NCBI RefSeq assembly: GCF_003334765.1
Contig: NZ_QOWT01000019.1
Source of the DNA: Escherichia coli
GTDB lineage: Bacteria > Pseudomonadota > Gammaproteobacteria > Enterobacterales > Enterobacteriaceae
Length of the DNA stretch: 64,000 bases
Direction: 5' to 3' (one strand)
Shown piece after piece: positions 43,125 through 55,170 of this stretch (position 1 is the stretch's first letter; every line of letters begins with the position of its first letter). The notes under the pieces are model-generated. The model searched no databases. It saw only the letters and a list, made by a program, of their open reading frames with translations, and was not told the origin of the DNA. Made by a program: the position numbers and the translations under genes.

Positions 43125-46100
43125 AAATTCTCAGCCTGCGCCTGAAAAACCTGAACTCATTAAAAGGCGAATGGAAGATTGATTTCACCCGCGAGCCGTT
43201 CGCCAGCAACGGGCTGTTTGCTATTACCGGCCCAACAGGTGCGGGGAAAACCACCCTGCTGGACGCCATTTGTCTGGCGCTGTATCACGAAACTCCGCGT
43301 CTCTCTAACGTTTCACAATCGCAAAATGATCTCATGACCCGCGATACCGCCGAATGTCTGGCGGAGGTGGAGTTTGAAGTGAAAGGTGAAGCGTACCGTG
43401 CATTCTGGAGCCAGAATCGGGCGCGTAACCAACCCGACGGTAATTTGCAGGTGCCACGCGTAGAGCTGGCGCGCTGCGCCGACGGCAAAATTCTCGCCGA
43501 CAAAGTGAAAGATAAGCTGGAACTGACAGCGACGTTAACCGGGCTGGATTACGGGCGCTTCACCCGTTCGATGCTGCTTTCGCAGGGGCAATTTGCTGCC
43601 TTCCTGAATGCCAAACCCAAAGAACGCGCGGAATTGCTCGAGGAGTTAACCGGCACTGAAATCTACGGGCAAATCTCGGCGATGGTTTTTGAGCAGCACA
43701 AATCGGCCCGCACAGAGCTGGAGAAGCTGCAAGCGCAGGCCAGCGGCGTCACGTTGCTCACGCCGGAACAAGTGCAATCGCTGACAGCGAGTTTGCAGGT
43801 ACTTACTGACGAAGAAAAACAGTTAATTACCGCGCAGCAGCAAGAACAACAATCGCTAAACTGGTTAACGCGTCAGGACGAATTGCAGCAAGAAGCCAGC
43901 CGCCGTCAGCAGGCCTTGCAACAGGCGTTAGCCGAAGAAGAAAAAGCGCAACCTCAACTGGCGGCGCTTAGTCTGGCACAACCGGCACGAAATCTTCGTC
44001 CACACTGGGAACGCATCGCAGAACACAGCGCGGCGCTGGCGCATATTCGCCAGCAGATTGAAGAAGTAAATACTCGCTTACAGAGCACAATGGCGCTTCG
44101 CGCGAGCATTCGCCACCACGCGGCGAAGCAGTCAGCAGAATTACAGCAGCAGCAACAAAGCCTGAATACCTGGTTACAGGAACACGACCGCTTCCGTCAG
44201 TGGAACAACGAACCGGCGGGTTGGCGTGCGCAGTTCTCCCAACAAACCAGCGATCGCGAGCATCTGCGGCAATGGCAGCAACAGTTAACCCATGCTGAGC
44301 AAAAACTTAATGCGCTTGCGGCGATCACGTTGACGTTAACCGCCGATGAAGTTGCTACCGCCCTGGCGCAACATGCTGAGCAACGCCCACTGCGTCAGCA
44401 CCTGGTCGCGCTGCATGGACAGATTGTTCCCCAACAAAAACGTCTGGCGCAGTTACAGGTCGCTATCCAGAATGTCACGCAAGAACAGACGCAACGTAAC
44501 GCCGCACTTAACGAAATGCGCCAGCGTTATAAAGAAAAGACGCAGCAACTTGCCGATGTGAAAACCATTTGCGAGCAGGAAGCGCGCATCAAAACGCTGG
44601 AAGCTCAACGTGCACAGTTACAGGCGGGTCAGCCTTGCCCACTTTGTGGTTCCACCAGCCACCCGGCGGTCGAGGCGTATCAGGCGCTGGAGCCTGGCGT
44701 TAATCAGTCTCGATTACTGGCGCTGGAAAACGAAGTTAAAAAGCTCGGTGAAGAAGGTGCGACGCTACGTGGGCAACTGGACGCCATAACAAAGCAGCTT
44801 CAGCGTGATGAAAACGAAGCGCAAAGCCTCCGACAAGATGAGCAAGCACTTACTCAACAATGGCAAGCCGTCACGGCCAGCCTCAATATCACCTTGCAGC
44901 CACTGGACGATATTCAACCGTGGCTGGATGCACAAGATGAGCACGAACGCCAGCTGCGGTTACTCAGCCAACGGCATGAATTACAAGGGCAGATTGCCGC
45001 GCATAATCAGCAAATTATCCAGTATCAACAGCAAATTGAACAACGCCAGCAACTACTTTTAACGACATTGACGGGTTATGCACTGACATTGCCACAGGAA
45101 GATGAAGAAGAGAGCTGGTTGGCGACACGTCAGCAAGAAGCGCAGAGCTGGCAGCAACGCCAGAACGAATTAACCGCGCTGCAAAACCGTATTCAGCAGC
45201 TGACGCCGATTCTGGAAACGTTGCCGCAAAGTGATGAACTCCCGCACTGCGAAGAAACTGTGGTATTGGAAAACTGGCGGCAGGTACATGAACAATGTCT
45301 CGCATTACACAGCCAGCAGCAGACGTTACAGCAACAGGATGTTCTGGCGGCGCAAAGTCTGCAAAAAGCCCAGGCGCAGTTTGACACCGCGCTACAGGCC
45401 AGCGTCTTTGACGATCAGCAGGCGTTCCTTGCGGCGCTAATGGATGAACAAACACTAACGCAGCTGGAACAGCTCAAGCAGAATCTGGAAAACCAGCGCC
45501 GTCAGGCGCAAACTCTGGTCACTCAGACAGCAGAAACGCTGGCACAGCATCAACAACACCGACCTGACGACGGGTTGGCTCTCACTGTGACGGTGGAGCA
45601 GATTCAGCAAGAGTTAGCGCAAACTCACCAAAAGTTGCGTGAAAACACCACGAGTCAAGGCGAGATTCGCCAGCAGCTGAAGCAGGATGCAGATAACCGT
45701 CAGCAACAACAAACCTTAATGCAGCAAATTGCTCAAATGACGCAGCAGGTTGAGGACTGGGGATATCTGAATTCGCTAATAGGTTCCAAAGAGGGCGATA
45801 AATTCCGCAAGTTTGCCCAGGGGCTGACGCTGGATAATTTAGTCCATCTCGCTAATCAGCAACTTACCCGGCTGCACGGGCGCTATCTGTTACAGCGCAA
45901 AGCCAGCGAGGCGCTGGAAGTCGAGGTTGTTGATACCTGGCAGGCAGATGCGGTACGCGATACCCGTACCCTTTCCGGCGGCGAAAGTTTCCTCGTTAGT
46001 CTGGCGCTGGCGCTGGCGCTTTCGGATCTGGTCAGCCATAAAACACGTATTGACTCGCTGTTCCTTGATGAAGGTTTTGGCACGCTGGATAGCGAAACGC

Positions 46101-46267
46101 TGGATACCGCCCTTGATGCGCTGGATGCCCTGAACGCCAGTGGCAAAACCATCGGTGTGATTAGCCACGTAGAAGCGATGAAAGAGCGTATTCCGGTGCA
46201 GATCAAAGTGAAAAAGATCAACGGCCTGGGCTACAGCAAACTGGAAAGTACGTTTGCAGTGAAATAA
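43121..46267 (+). CDS. sbcC: Nuclease SbcCD subunit C (Rad50-like SMC ATPase)
   Basis: 1048-aa ORF; Walker [11 protein letters not shown]-rich coiled coil, zinc hook CPLCGS, signature LSGGESF, Walker B LFLDEGFG; overlaps sbcD stop by 4 nt. Confidence 0.97.
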
Positions 46268-46392
46268 CTATTCAGCAGGATAATGAATACAGAGGGGCGA
46301 ATTATCTCTTGGCCTTGCTGGTCGTTATCCTGCAAGCTATCACTTTATTGGCTACGGTGATTGGTAGCCGTTCTGGTGGTTGTGATGGTGGT

Positions 46393-47577
46393 ATGAAAAA
46401 AGTCATTTTATCTTTGGCTCTGGGCACGTTTGGTTTGGGGATGGCCGAATTTGGCATTATGGGCGTGCTCACGGAGCTGGCGCATAACGTAGGAATTTCG
46501 ATTCCTGCCGCCGGGCATATGATCTCGTATTATGCACTGGGGGTGGTGGTCGGTGCGCCAATCATCGCACTCTTTTCCAGCCGCTACTCACTCAAACATA
46601 TCTTGTTGTTTCTGGTGGCGTTGTGCGTCATTGGCAACGCCATGTTCACGCTCTCTTCGTCTTACCTGATGCTCGCCATTGGTCGGCTGGTATCCGGCTT
46701 TCCGCATGGCGCATTTTTTGGCGTCGGAGCGATCGTGTTATCAAAAATTATCAAACCCGGAAAAGTCACCGCCGCCGTGGCGGGGATGGTTTCCGGGATG
46801 ACAGTCGCCAATTTGCTGGGCATTCCGCTGGGAACGTATTTAAGTCAGGAATTTAGCTGGCGTTACACCTTTTTATTGATCGCTGTTTTTAATATTGCGG
46901 TGATGGCATCGGTCTATTTTTGGGTGCCAGATATTCGCGACGAGGCGAAAGGAAATCTGCGCGAACAATTTCACTTTTTGCGCAGCCCGGCCCCGTGGTT
47001 AATTTTCGCCGCCACGATGTTTGGCAACGCAGGTGTGTTTGCCTGGTTCAGCTACGTAAAGCCATACATGATGTTTATTTCCGGTTTTTCGGAAACGGCG
47101 ATGACCTTTATTATGATGTTAGTTGGGCTAGGGATGGTGCTGGGAAATATGCTAAGTGGCAGGATTTCAGGACGTTATTCACCACTGCGCATTGCAGCAG
47201 TGACTGACTTTATAATTGTACTGGCACTGCTGATGCTCTTTTTCTGCGGCGGCATGAAAACAACGTCGCTTATTTTTGCTTTTATTTGTTGCGCGGGATT
47301 ATTTGCCCTTTCAGCACCGCTACAAATATTGTTACTACAAAACGCCAAAGGCGGAGAGTTATTAGGTGCCGCAGGTGGGCAAATAGCGTTTAACCTCGGT
47401 AGCGCCGTCGGCGCATATTGCGGAGGTATGATGCTGACGCTGGGACTGGCATATAATTACGTGGCGCTGCCTGCCGCCCTGCTTTCGTTTGCTGCGATGT
47501 CGTCGTTGCTGCTGTATGGTCGCTATAAGCGCCAGCAAGCGGCGGATACTCCGGTGCTGGCGAAACCACTGGGGTAG
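46393..47577 (+). CDS. araJ: MFS transporter AraJ
   Basis: 394-aa product starting MKKVILSLALGTFGLGMAEFGIMGV; internal ATG of the 422-aa track ORF. Confidence 0.9.
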   Translation: MKKVILSLALGTFGLGMAEFGIMGVLTELAHNVGISIPAAGHMISYYALGVVVGAPIIALFSSRYSLKHILLFLVALCVIGNAMFTLSSSYLMLAIGRLVSGFPHGAFFGVGAIVLSKIIKPGKVTAAVAGMVSGMTVANLLGIPLGTYLSQEFSWRYTFLLIAVFNIAVMASVYFWVPDIRDEAKGNLREQFHFLRSPAPWLIFAATMFGNAGVFAWFSYVKPYMMFISGFSETAMTFIMMLVGLGMVLGNMLSGRISGRYSPLRIAAVTDFIIVLALLMLFFCGGMKTTSLIFAFICCAGLFALSAPLQILLLQNAKGGELLGAAGGQIAFNLGSAVGAYCGGMMLTLGLAYNYVALPAALLSFAAMSSLLLYGRYKRQQAADTPVLAKPLG

Positions 47578-47605
47578 GTTATAGTCTCGGTGCTCATTAC
47601 TTATT

Positions 47606-47695
47606 GCCGGATGCGGCGTGAACGCCTTATCCGCCCTACGCGGTTCTGGCACATTTTGCAGGCCTGATAAGACGCGGCAAGCGTCGCATCAGGCA
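47606..47695. repeat. Pair of REP elements between convergent araJ and mak
   Basis: GCCGGATGCGGCGTGAACGCCTTATCCGCCCTAC and GGCCTGATAAGACGCGGCAAGCGTCGCATCAGGC. Confidence 0.8.
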
Positions 47696-47719
47696 TGATG
47701 CGCCAATTGCCTACGTTTT

Positions 47720-48628
47720 TTACTCTTGTGGCCATAACCACGCAGCGCCGCGTACGCCGCTGGAATCACCGTGCTTCGCCTTACGCACCGGCGTTTCACA
47801 TTCGCCGCCGAAGACAAATTGTTTAATCAACTGCCCAACCGTTTGATATAAACGGTCTACATTGCTCATCCCGCCCCCCAGGACAATCACATCCGGATCG
47901 AGAATATTCACGACATGTGCCAGCGATTTTGCCAGCCGCAGCTCGTAGCGACGCAATGCCAGTTCCGCTACCGGATCGCTTTCTTCAACCAGGCGGATAA
48001 TTTCACTGCCTTTCAGCGCATGTCCGCTCAAACGACGATAATCCATCGCGAATCCCGTGCCCGAAATAAAGGTTTCAATACAACCTTGTTTACCGCAATA
48101 ACAAGGGACTTCCTCGCGATAACGCAGTTCGTCTTCGTCCATCCACGGTAGCGGATTGTGTCCCCACTCACCTGCCGTGCCATTGCCGCCGATATGCGCC
48201 CGCCCATTGAATGCCACGCCCGCGCCGCATCCCGTGCCGATAATCACGGCAAATACCGTCTGCGCTCCCGCTGCCGCGCCATCTACTGCTTCTGAAACCG
48301 CCAGACAGTTAGCGTCATTTGCCAGCCGCACTTCCCGCTGCAACCTCGCGCTTAAGTCTTTATCGAATGGCTGACCGTTGAGCCAGGTTGAATTGGCATT
48401 CTTCACCACACCGGTGTAAGGCGAAATTGAGCCAGGAATGCCCATACCTACCGTTCCGCGCTGCCCCGTCGCCTGCTCCGCCATATCAACCAACGTGGCG
48501 ATCGTTTCAATAGTCTGCCGGTAATCATCACGCGGCGTGGGCAGACGATGGCGGTACAACTGCTCCCCTGCATCGCCCAGTGCAATCACTTCAGTTTTGG
48601 TGCCGCCTAAATCGATACCTATACGCAC
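47720..48628 (-). CDS. mak: Fructokinase / manno(fructo)kinase Mak (ROK family)
   Basis: 302-aa product starting at a GTG (V)[13 protein letters not shown]; ROK-family glycine-rich ATP motif. Confidence 0.9.
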
Positions 48629-48752
48629 GGTACTCTCCTTATTTTTTTCAATATTAATAGCGTAGAGACGGACAACCGGATTGGCAATGCAAGGCCGCCG
48701 ACAATTCGTTATCATGCCCGCTAAATTTAACGACAAGGCCGTGGAAATTATC

Positions 48753-49664
48753 ATGCTGTGGTTCAAAAATTTAATGGTTTACCGTCTTAGCCGCGAGATT
48801 TCGCTGCGTGCAGAAGAGATGGAAAAACAGCTAGCCTCGATGGCATTTACCCCATGCGGCAGCCAGGACATGGCGAAGATGGGCTGGGTTCCTCCGATGG
48901 GATCGCACAGCGATGCGTTAACGCACGTTGCCAATGGTCAAATTGTTATCTGCGCGCGCAAAGAAGAAAAAATCCTCCCGTCTCCGGTGATTAAACAGGC
49001 GCTGGAAGCGAAAATCGCCAAACTGGAAGCGGAACAGGCGCGTAAGCTGAAGAAAACCGAAAAAGATTCGCTGAAAGACGAAGTGCTGCACTCTCTGCTG
49101 CCGCGTGCTTTCAGCCGTTTTAGCCAGACAATGATGTGGATCGACACGGTTAACGGTTTGATTATGGTGGACTGCGCCAGTGCCAAAAAAGCGGAAGATA
49201 CGCTGGCATTACTGCGTAAAAGCCTGGGGTCGTTACCGGTTGTACCATTGAGCATGGAAAACCCGATTGAACTGACGCTGACCGAATGGGTTCGCTCCGG
49301 TAGTGCGGCACAGGGCTTCCAGCTGCTTGATGAAGCCGAGCTGAAATCGTTGCTGGAAGATGGCGGCGTGATCCGCGCGAAGAAACAAGATCTGACCAGC
49401 GAAGAGATCACCAATCACATTGAAGCCGGAAAAGTGGTGACTAAACTGGCGCTCGACTGGCAGCAGCGCATTCAGTTTGTGATGTGCGACGATGGTTCGC
49501 TCAAGCGTCTGAAGTTCTGCGACGAGCTGCGCGATCAAAACGAAGATATCGACCGTGAAGATTTCGCCCAGCGTTTTGATGCCGATTTCATCCTGATGAC
49601 TGGTGAACTGGCAGCGTTAATTCAAAACCTGATTGAAGGATTAGGTGGCGAAGCACAACGTTAA
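48753..49664 (+). CDS. rdgC: Recombination-associated protein RdgC
   Basis: 303-aa product starting [18 protein letters not shown]; internal ATG of the 327-aa track ORF. Confidence 0.93.
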
Positions 49665-49682
49665 TTGCTGATTTTCCTTTAA

Positions 49683-49720
49683 TGCCGGATGCGACGCCTG
49701 CCGCGTCTTATCCGGCGTAC
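49683..49720. repeat. REP element downstream of rdgC
   Basis: TGCCGGATGCGACGCCTGCCGCGTCTTATCCGGCGTAC. Confidence 0.75.
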
Positions 49721-49821
49721 GAAGCCACACCAGGCATATAATTATTCGCTACGGCGAGCAATAATTTTTAGCGCAGCAATATTATGCGTTTTACGCTGTA
49801 ACTTGCTCCATGGACGTTGTG

Positions 49822-50103
49822 TCATTGTTTTTCCTCAAGCCGGTGACGCGCTTCACTGCGAATTTTCCGCGTTGCCCCGGTTTTCACTAAATCACGTAAC
49901 AGCGAAAGATCGGGTTGTTCGACAAATAAGAGTAATGATGGATCCTCTTTTAACCACGCCGTTTTCACATCGGCAGCCAGCTGTGGATTATTAATAGCCA
50001 GCGACCGATCCTGAGGCTCAGTCAATGTCGTTAACAACAACGCCGGGGTATGTGCGTTGCGCAATGCCGTTTGGCGTAAATGATCATTGCGACTTTGCAG
50101 CAA
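49822..50103 (-). CDS. Hypothetical protein, ykiA-like; possibly a gene remnant
   Basis: 93-aa ORF starting at a TTG; the reading frame stays open ~23 codons further upstream with no ATG or GTG; position between rdgC and ppnP matches the ykiA locus. Confidence 0.4.
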   Translation of the reverse strand: MLQSRNDHLRQTALRNAHTPALLLTTLTEPQDRSLAINNPQLAADVKTAWLKEDPSLLLFVEQPDLSLLRDLVKTGATRKIRSEARHRLEEKQ

Positions 50104-50310
50104 TGCACGCCACCATTCATCATCTGATTTATCTTTTATCGTAGCCAGTTCCGCAACAATATCTGGAGATCTTCACTGATATTTATATCAACCTTGATAA
50201 ATTATGAATATATCGGAAATTGAAAAAATCGCAGCAAAGGAAATATTATTATGGGCTAAAGAAAGGATATTTCAGAAAAATGCCCTCCCGTTCAAGGGGA
50301 AGGCGAGGAA

Positions 50311-50595
50311 TTACAGATAGCGGCACAGATAAGAGGTGGGTTCGGCAACTTGCAGATGAAACTCACTGTGACCGGGAACATTAAACACCGAACCGGCTTC
50401 ATACACCTGCCAGTCGGTCGCGTCAGGCAGTAACACATTCAGCGCGCCACTGATTACCGTCATCTCTTCCGGCTCAGCGGTGCTGAAGGTGTATTCGCCT
50501 TCAACCATAACACCCACGCTGGCGCGACCAGTGCTGCTGCTGGAAAAGCCGATTGATTTCACTTTGCCGGAAAAGTACTCATTACTTTGAAGCAT
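50311..50595 (-). CDS. ppnP: Pyrimidine/purine nucleoside phosphorylase PpnP (YaiE)
   Basis: 94-aa ORF starting [19 protein letters not shown]. Confidence 0.93.
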
Positions 50596-50666
50596 AAACT
50601 GGCCCTGTTTGGTAGTTGAACATCTACTTCACTATAGGGGCCAGAGGCGCTGGCTGTCACGCAAAA

Positions 50667-51344
50667 TTACACCAGTAATTCCGCAGCCAGCCGTGCAATC
50701 AATACGTTAGACAGCAAGACAGGAACATCGAGCTGTTTTTGCAGTAAATCGCGATGACGTTGGTGAAATCCTAAACAATCCAGCATGATGACATCAGCCC
50801 CTTTTGCCAGTAATTCTTTCCCGGCATCAATGATTTTTTGTTCTGAATCATGAATGGGGTTACCCAATGAAAATACCGGCGATTTCTGCAAAATTTGCCA
50901 TTTTTGCGCCTGAACGGGCAGCATCTCCTCAACCGGAACGATAACCCCCACCTGATGATCTTCAACAATAGAGGAAACCAGTGGAGGCAATATTCGCGAC
51001 GGCTCAAGAAAGATCGTATTACGCGCAGTCATACTACTAATGTTTGCTGTACTCATTAATAAAATGACGTCATAACCCTGATTATCGAGCACTTCAACCA
51101 CACCTTGCAGGTCACGCTCCACTTTGCGACGCGAAACATGGGCCAGCTGGTTGTCATTTAATAATGTGAGAATGGTGTCTTCGCCTGCTTCTGGCGCGTA
51201 CTCCGCCATCACTTCTTCACGACTTAACTTCCCCAGCAGGCTATGATGGGAAATATTATCTTCGTCAATGTATTCCGTCAGGAGCGGCAAAACTTCCTGC
51301 ATAGGTACAATGCCGATGGTCAGGATCGCCAACGACGCACTCAT
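50667..51344 (-). CDS. aroM: AroM family protein
   Basis: 225-aa ORF; position downstream of aroL-yaiA. Confidence 0.9.
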
Positions 51345-51601
51345 TGTTCATCCACCTTACTTTTCTTTCGTCGTTAATTACCGGGCAAGTGTGAAGCACC
51401 ACTGCTGACACTTACTTGTGCTACAAATGACAAAAAGCGTAGCAGCAGACGTGCACGGCATAATGTAAAGATTCCAAATGATTCCAGTAATGGATTGTTA
51501 TTGTTTAATATTCTAATTATTAGAAAAACATGAATTATGAAAAATGTGACGCAGATCCCTTGTAGTGGCACTCAGAATCCCTTCCGAGCAGTCTGATGCG
51601 G

Positions 51602-51802
<201 letters not shown>

Positions 51803-51842
51803 TTATTTCACGGGATGAACGTTAAGTATAGGCGCTCGAAAA

Positions 51843-52367
51843 TCAACAATTGATCGTCTGTGCCAGGGCGCTGCGAATTTCAGAAATCACCTGGCTGGGT
51901 TCGTTTGTTGCGTCGATGATAATATGCGCAACTTCGCGATATAGCGCATCGCGTTCTTCCAGCACTTCCTGAACTTCTTCGCTCAGCGGTTTTCCCGTTA
52001 AGGTTGGCCGTAAATCTTCTTCCGGTGCAGCTTGCAGTCGGTTAACCAGGACTGATACTGGCGCACACAAATAAAACACGATCCCGTTATTTTGCATGAA
52101 GTGACGATTAAATTCCGTCAGAATAATGCCGCCGCCTGTAGCGATAACGGTGGATGGCGCAGTTACCGCTTCCAGCGCCGCCGTTTCTCTGGCGCGAAAT
52201 CCCGCCCACTCTTCCCTTTCGACGATCTCCGCGACCGTCATATTGAGCTGTGATTGCAACCACTGATCGGTATCGACAAACCGACGGTTAAGCGAATCGG
52301 CAAGGGCCATTCCGACCGTTGTTTTACCACAGCCCCGAGGCCCGATCAGAAAAAGAGGTTGTGTCAT
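51843..52367 (-). CDS. aroL: Shikimate kinase 2
   Basis: 174-aa ORF; Walker [10 protein letters not shown]. Confidence 0.96.
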   Translation of the reverse strand: MTQPLFLIGPRGCGKTTVGMALADSLNRRFVDTDQWLQSQLNMTVAEIVEREEWAGFRARETAALEAVTAPSTVIATGGGIILTEFNRHFMQNNGIVFYLCAPVSVLVNRLQAAPEEDLRPTLTGKPLSEEVQEVLEERDALYREVAHIIIDATNEPSQVISEIRSALAQTINC

Positions 52368-52435
52368 CGTGGGTTTTCCCCAATAGGTCGCAATGCGGCG
52401 AAAGCCGGTGTCATGAGAATAGCGATCATACCATC

Positions 52436-52548
52436 AAACTAGTACAATTTCGATTGTAAAGAAAAAATTCCACTTAAAGTGAAAATCTCAATACACCCCT
52501 TACTATACCAATAAATATTCAAGAATGAAGTGTAAATAATAAATTACA
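52436..52548 (-). promoter_or_regulatory. aroL control region with TyrR-box-like and TrpR-like operator sequences
   Basis: TGTAAATAATAAATTACA (near TGTAAA-N6-TTTACA) at ~52531-52548, TGTAAAGAAAAAATTCCA at ~52453, and ACTAGTAC (TrpR half-site) at ~52437; aroL is a known TyrR/TrpR target. Confidence 0.45.
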
Positions 52549-52549
52549 T

Positions 52550-53008
52550 TTAGCCACGACTACGTTGCACTTCCAGCCACCACTTCTCCAGCTCCGCGGC
52601 AAAGGCCTGGCGGTCACGTTGTGAAAGGCTATCTGGTCCGCCGGTCTGGATCCCACTGGCACGTAAGGTATCCATAAAATCGCGCATCGTCAGGCGCTCA
52701 CGAATGGTCGCTGGCGTGTAACGTTCGCCGCGCGGATTAAGCGCCGCAGCGCCTTTCTCGATGGCTTCAGCAGCCAAAGGTATATCTGCGGTGATCACCA
52801 AATCGCCCGCTTCACACTGCCGGACAATTTCGTTATCGGCAACGTCGAAACCTGCCGCGACGCGCAGCGTACGAATAAATCGCGATGGCGGCACGCGTAA
52901 ACTCTGGTTTGCTACCAGTACCAGCGGCATCTGCATACGTTCCGCCGCGCGATACAAAATCTCTTTAATTACATTGGGACACGCGTCGGCATCCACCCAA
53001 ATTGTCAT
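52550..53008 (-). CDS. yaiI: UPF0178 protein YaiI
   Basis: 152-aa product starting [24 protein letters not shown]; internal ATG of the 192-aa track ORF. Confidence 0.88.
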   Translation of the reverse strand: MTIWVDADACPNVIKEILYRAAERMQMPLVLVANQSLRVPPSRFIRTLRVAAGFDVADNEIVRQCEAGDLVITADIPLAAEAIEKGAAALNPRGERYTPATIRERLTMRDFMDTLRASGIQTGGPDSLSQRDRQAFAAELEKWWLEVQRSRG

Positions 53009-53127
53009 AAAGTCATCCTTTGTTGGGTAATCCTCTATTGTGTCGCGCTTTTGCCTTCCGGCATAGTTCTGTTTATGCTTCTGCCAGCGATTATCAAAAC
53101 AATGAATTTCACGGCAGGAGTGAGGCA

Positions 53128-53937
53128 ATGGAAAAGAAAATCGGTTTTATTGGCTGCGGCAATATGGGAAAAGCCATTCTCGGCGGTCTGATTGCCAGCG
53201 GTCAGGTGCTTCCAGGGCAAATCTGGGTATACACCCCCTCCCCGGATAAAGTCGCCGCCCTGCATGACCAGTTCGGCATCAACGCCGCAGAATCGGCGCA
53301 AGAAGTGGCGCAAATCGCCGACATCATTTTTGCTGCCGTTAAACCTGGCATCATGATTAAAGTGCTTAGCGAAATCACCTCCAGCCTGAATAAAGACTCT
53401 CTGGTCGTTTCTATTGCTGCAGGTGTCACGCTCGACCAGCTTGCCCGCGCGCTGGGCCATGACCGGAAAATTATCCGCGCCATGCCGAACACTCCCGCAC
53501 TGGTTAATGCCGGGATGACCTCCGTAACGCCAAACGCGCTGGTAACCCCAGAAGATACCGCTGATGTGCTGAATATTTTCCGCTGCTTTGGCGAAGCGGA
53601 AGTAATTGCTGAGCCGATGATCCACCCGGTGGTCGGTGTGAGCGGTTCTTCGCCAGCCTACGTATTTATGTTTATCGAAGCGATGGCCGACGCCGCCGTG
53701 CTGGGCGGGATGCCACGCGCCCAGGCGTATAAATTTGCCGCTCAGGCGGTAATGGGTTCCGCAAAAATGGTGCTGGAAACGGGAGAACATCCGGGGGCAC
53801 TGAAAGATATGGTCTGCTCACCGGGAGGCACCACCATTGAAGCGGTACGCGTACTGGAAGAGAAAGGCTTCCGTGCTGCAGTGATCGAAGCGATGACGAA
53901 GTGTATGGAAAAATCAGAAAAACTCAGCAAATCCTGA
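53128..53937 (+). CDS. proC: Pyrroline-5-carboxylate reductase
   Basis: 269-aa product starting [20 protein letters not shown] (NADPH-binding GxGxxG). Confidence 0.96.
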   Translation: MEKKIGFIGCGNMGKAILGGLIASGQVLPGQIWVYTPSPDKVAALHDQFGINAAESAQEVAQIADIIFAAVKPGIMIKVLSEITSSLNKDSLVVSIAAGVTLDQLARALGHDRKIIRAMPNTPALVNAGMTSVTPNALVTPEDTADVLNIFRCFGEAEVIAEPMIHPVVGVSGSSPAYVFMFIEAMADAAVLGGMPRAQAYKFAAQAVMGSAKMVLETGEHPGALKDMVCSPGGTTIEAVRVLEEKGFRAAVIEAMTKCMEKSEKLSKS

Positions 53938-53945
53938 TGACTTTC

Positions 53946-53998
53946 GCCGGACGTCAGGCCGCCACTTCGGTGCGGTTACGTCCGGCTTTCTTTGCTTT
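53946..53998 (+). terminator. Candidate proC terminator hairpin embedded in the adrA 3' coding end
   Basis: GCCGGACGT ... ACGTCCGGC arms with a ~23-nt loop, then TTTCTTTGCTTTG; starts 9 nt after the proC stop. Confidence 0.4.
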
Positions 53999-55069
53999 GT
54001 AAAGCGCCAAATCTGCCGATTTCAACCACTCACGATAGTGACTCATTTGTGGGTTCAGCGGCGCAACCCCCACACTAATCCGTAAAGTTACCTGTGGCGT
54101 ATTCGGCAAACGTAATGTATTTAGCCCTTCATGCACCCGTAACATGGCGGTAATGGCGCTCTCAGCTGGCGTACCGGACATGATTACTGCAAACTCATCG
54201 CCGCCAAACCGACCAATCACATCGCTACCGCGCAGGGTAATTTGTAACTGTCGGGTAAGCGCCACAATCGCTTCATCGCCCACATCATGGCCCCAGGTAT
54301 CGTTGATGCTCTTGAAATGGTCGATATCGATAATCAGTAACGTTGCATCGCGATTATGCCGCCGACAGTTATCAAATTCATTGCGTAACATAGTTTCCCA
54401 ATGACGTCGGTTATACACGCCCGTCATGCCGTCGCGGGTACTCATGACCTGCAACCTGCGTTTATGTTCCGCCAGTTTGGTTGCCGTCTGGTAGCTGACC
54501 CAGCCAAACAGCAGAGGATAAATGACAATAATGGGAAGGGAGAGCCACCATTCCAGCGGCGCACTATTGAACGACACGGTAATGCCCGTCAGCTCGAGGG
54601 TGACAAGGCAGGAAACCACCATCAACACCAGACCCGCGACAAACAGACGGGGGCCGCCTGCCCCCATCAAATTCAGACACATAATCATCAACATCGCGGT
54701 GGAAGGCAGCACGTTTACGCCCATTACGCCTACCCACATTCCCGCTAATACTGCATCGGTTTTTAAGTTGTAAATTTCCCGGCTAAGCGGATCGACGGCC
54801 CTGCTCGCTATCTGCCAGGCTAAATGCGGCCAGACGAACGCCCAGCCGACCAACACCAGCCACCACCAGCCCGGCGGCGGGTGTGAAACCAGCGTTGAAG
54901 CAATCGGTAAGAACATGCCAGCCAGGCCAACCGCACGGGGTAGTCTGACGCGACGGGCGAAGCGCAGCCCGGACCGCTGATGTTCGTTTTGAGGAGTTAA
55001 AGGAGGTTCCTCCCCGTGCGCCGCCGCTTTTTTGAAAAAGTTTTCATCATTCATTATTTTTGGGAACAT
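53954..55069 (-). CDS. dgcC: Diguanylate cyclase DgcC (AdrA / YaiC)
   Basis: 371-aa ORF; N-terminal multi-TM domain; GGDEF active site RFGGDEFAV. Confidence 0.95.
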   Translation of the reverse strand: MFPKIMNDENFFKKAAAHGEEPPLTPQNEHQRSGLRFARRVRLPRAVGLAGMFLPIASTLVSHPPPGWWWLVLVGWAFVWPHLAWQIASRAVDPLSREIYNLKTDAVLAGMWVGVMGVNVLPSTAMLMIMCLNLMGAGGPRLFVAGLVLMVVSCLVTLELTGITVSFNSAPLEWWLSLPIIVIYPLLFGWVSYQTATKLAEHKRRLQVMSTRDGMTGVYNRRHWETMLRNEFDNCRRHNRDATLLIIDIDHFKSINDTWGHDVGDEAIVALTRQLQITLRGSDVIGRFGGDEFAVIMSGTPAESAITAMLRVHEGLNTLRLPNTPQVTLRISVGVAPLNPQMSHYREWLKSADLALYKAKKAGRNRTEVAA

Positions 55070-55170
55070 TCAGAAACAATTTTCCCAAATTATAGAGACG
55101 GAGCTAAAGGCAGAAGTATGATATTTCGGGTGAGCCATTTTCGTAGCTCACCCGTTAGCACTATCAGGTA

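Noticed and set aside
50204-50320. 38-aa plus-strand ORF (MNISEIEKIAAKEILLWAKERIF...) next to the ykiA-like remnant
   Set aside because: Below the ORF-track size cutoff, full of rare codons (ATA, AGG, AGA), and overlaps the ppnP 3' end; most likely chance.
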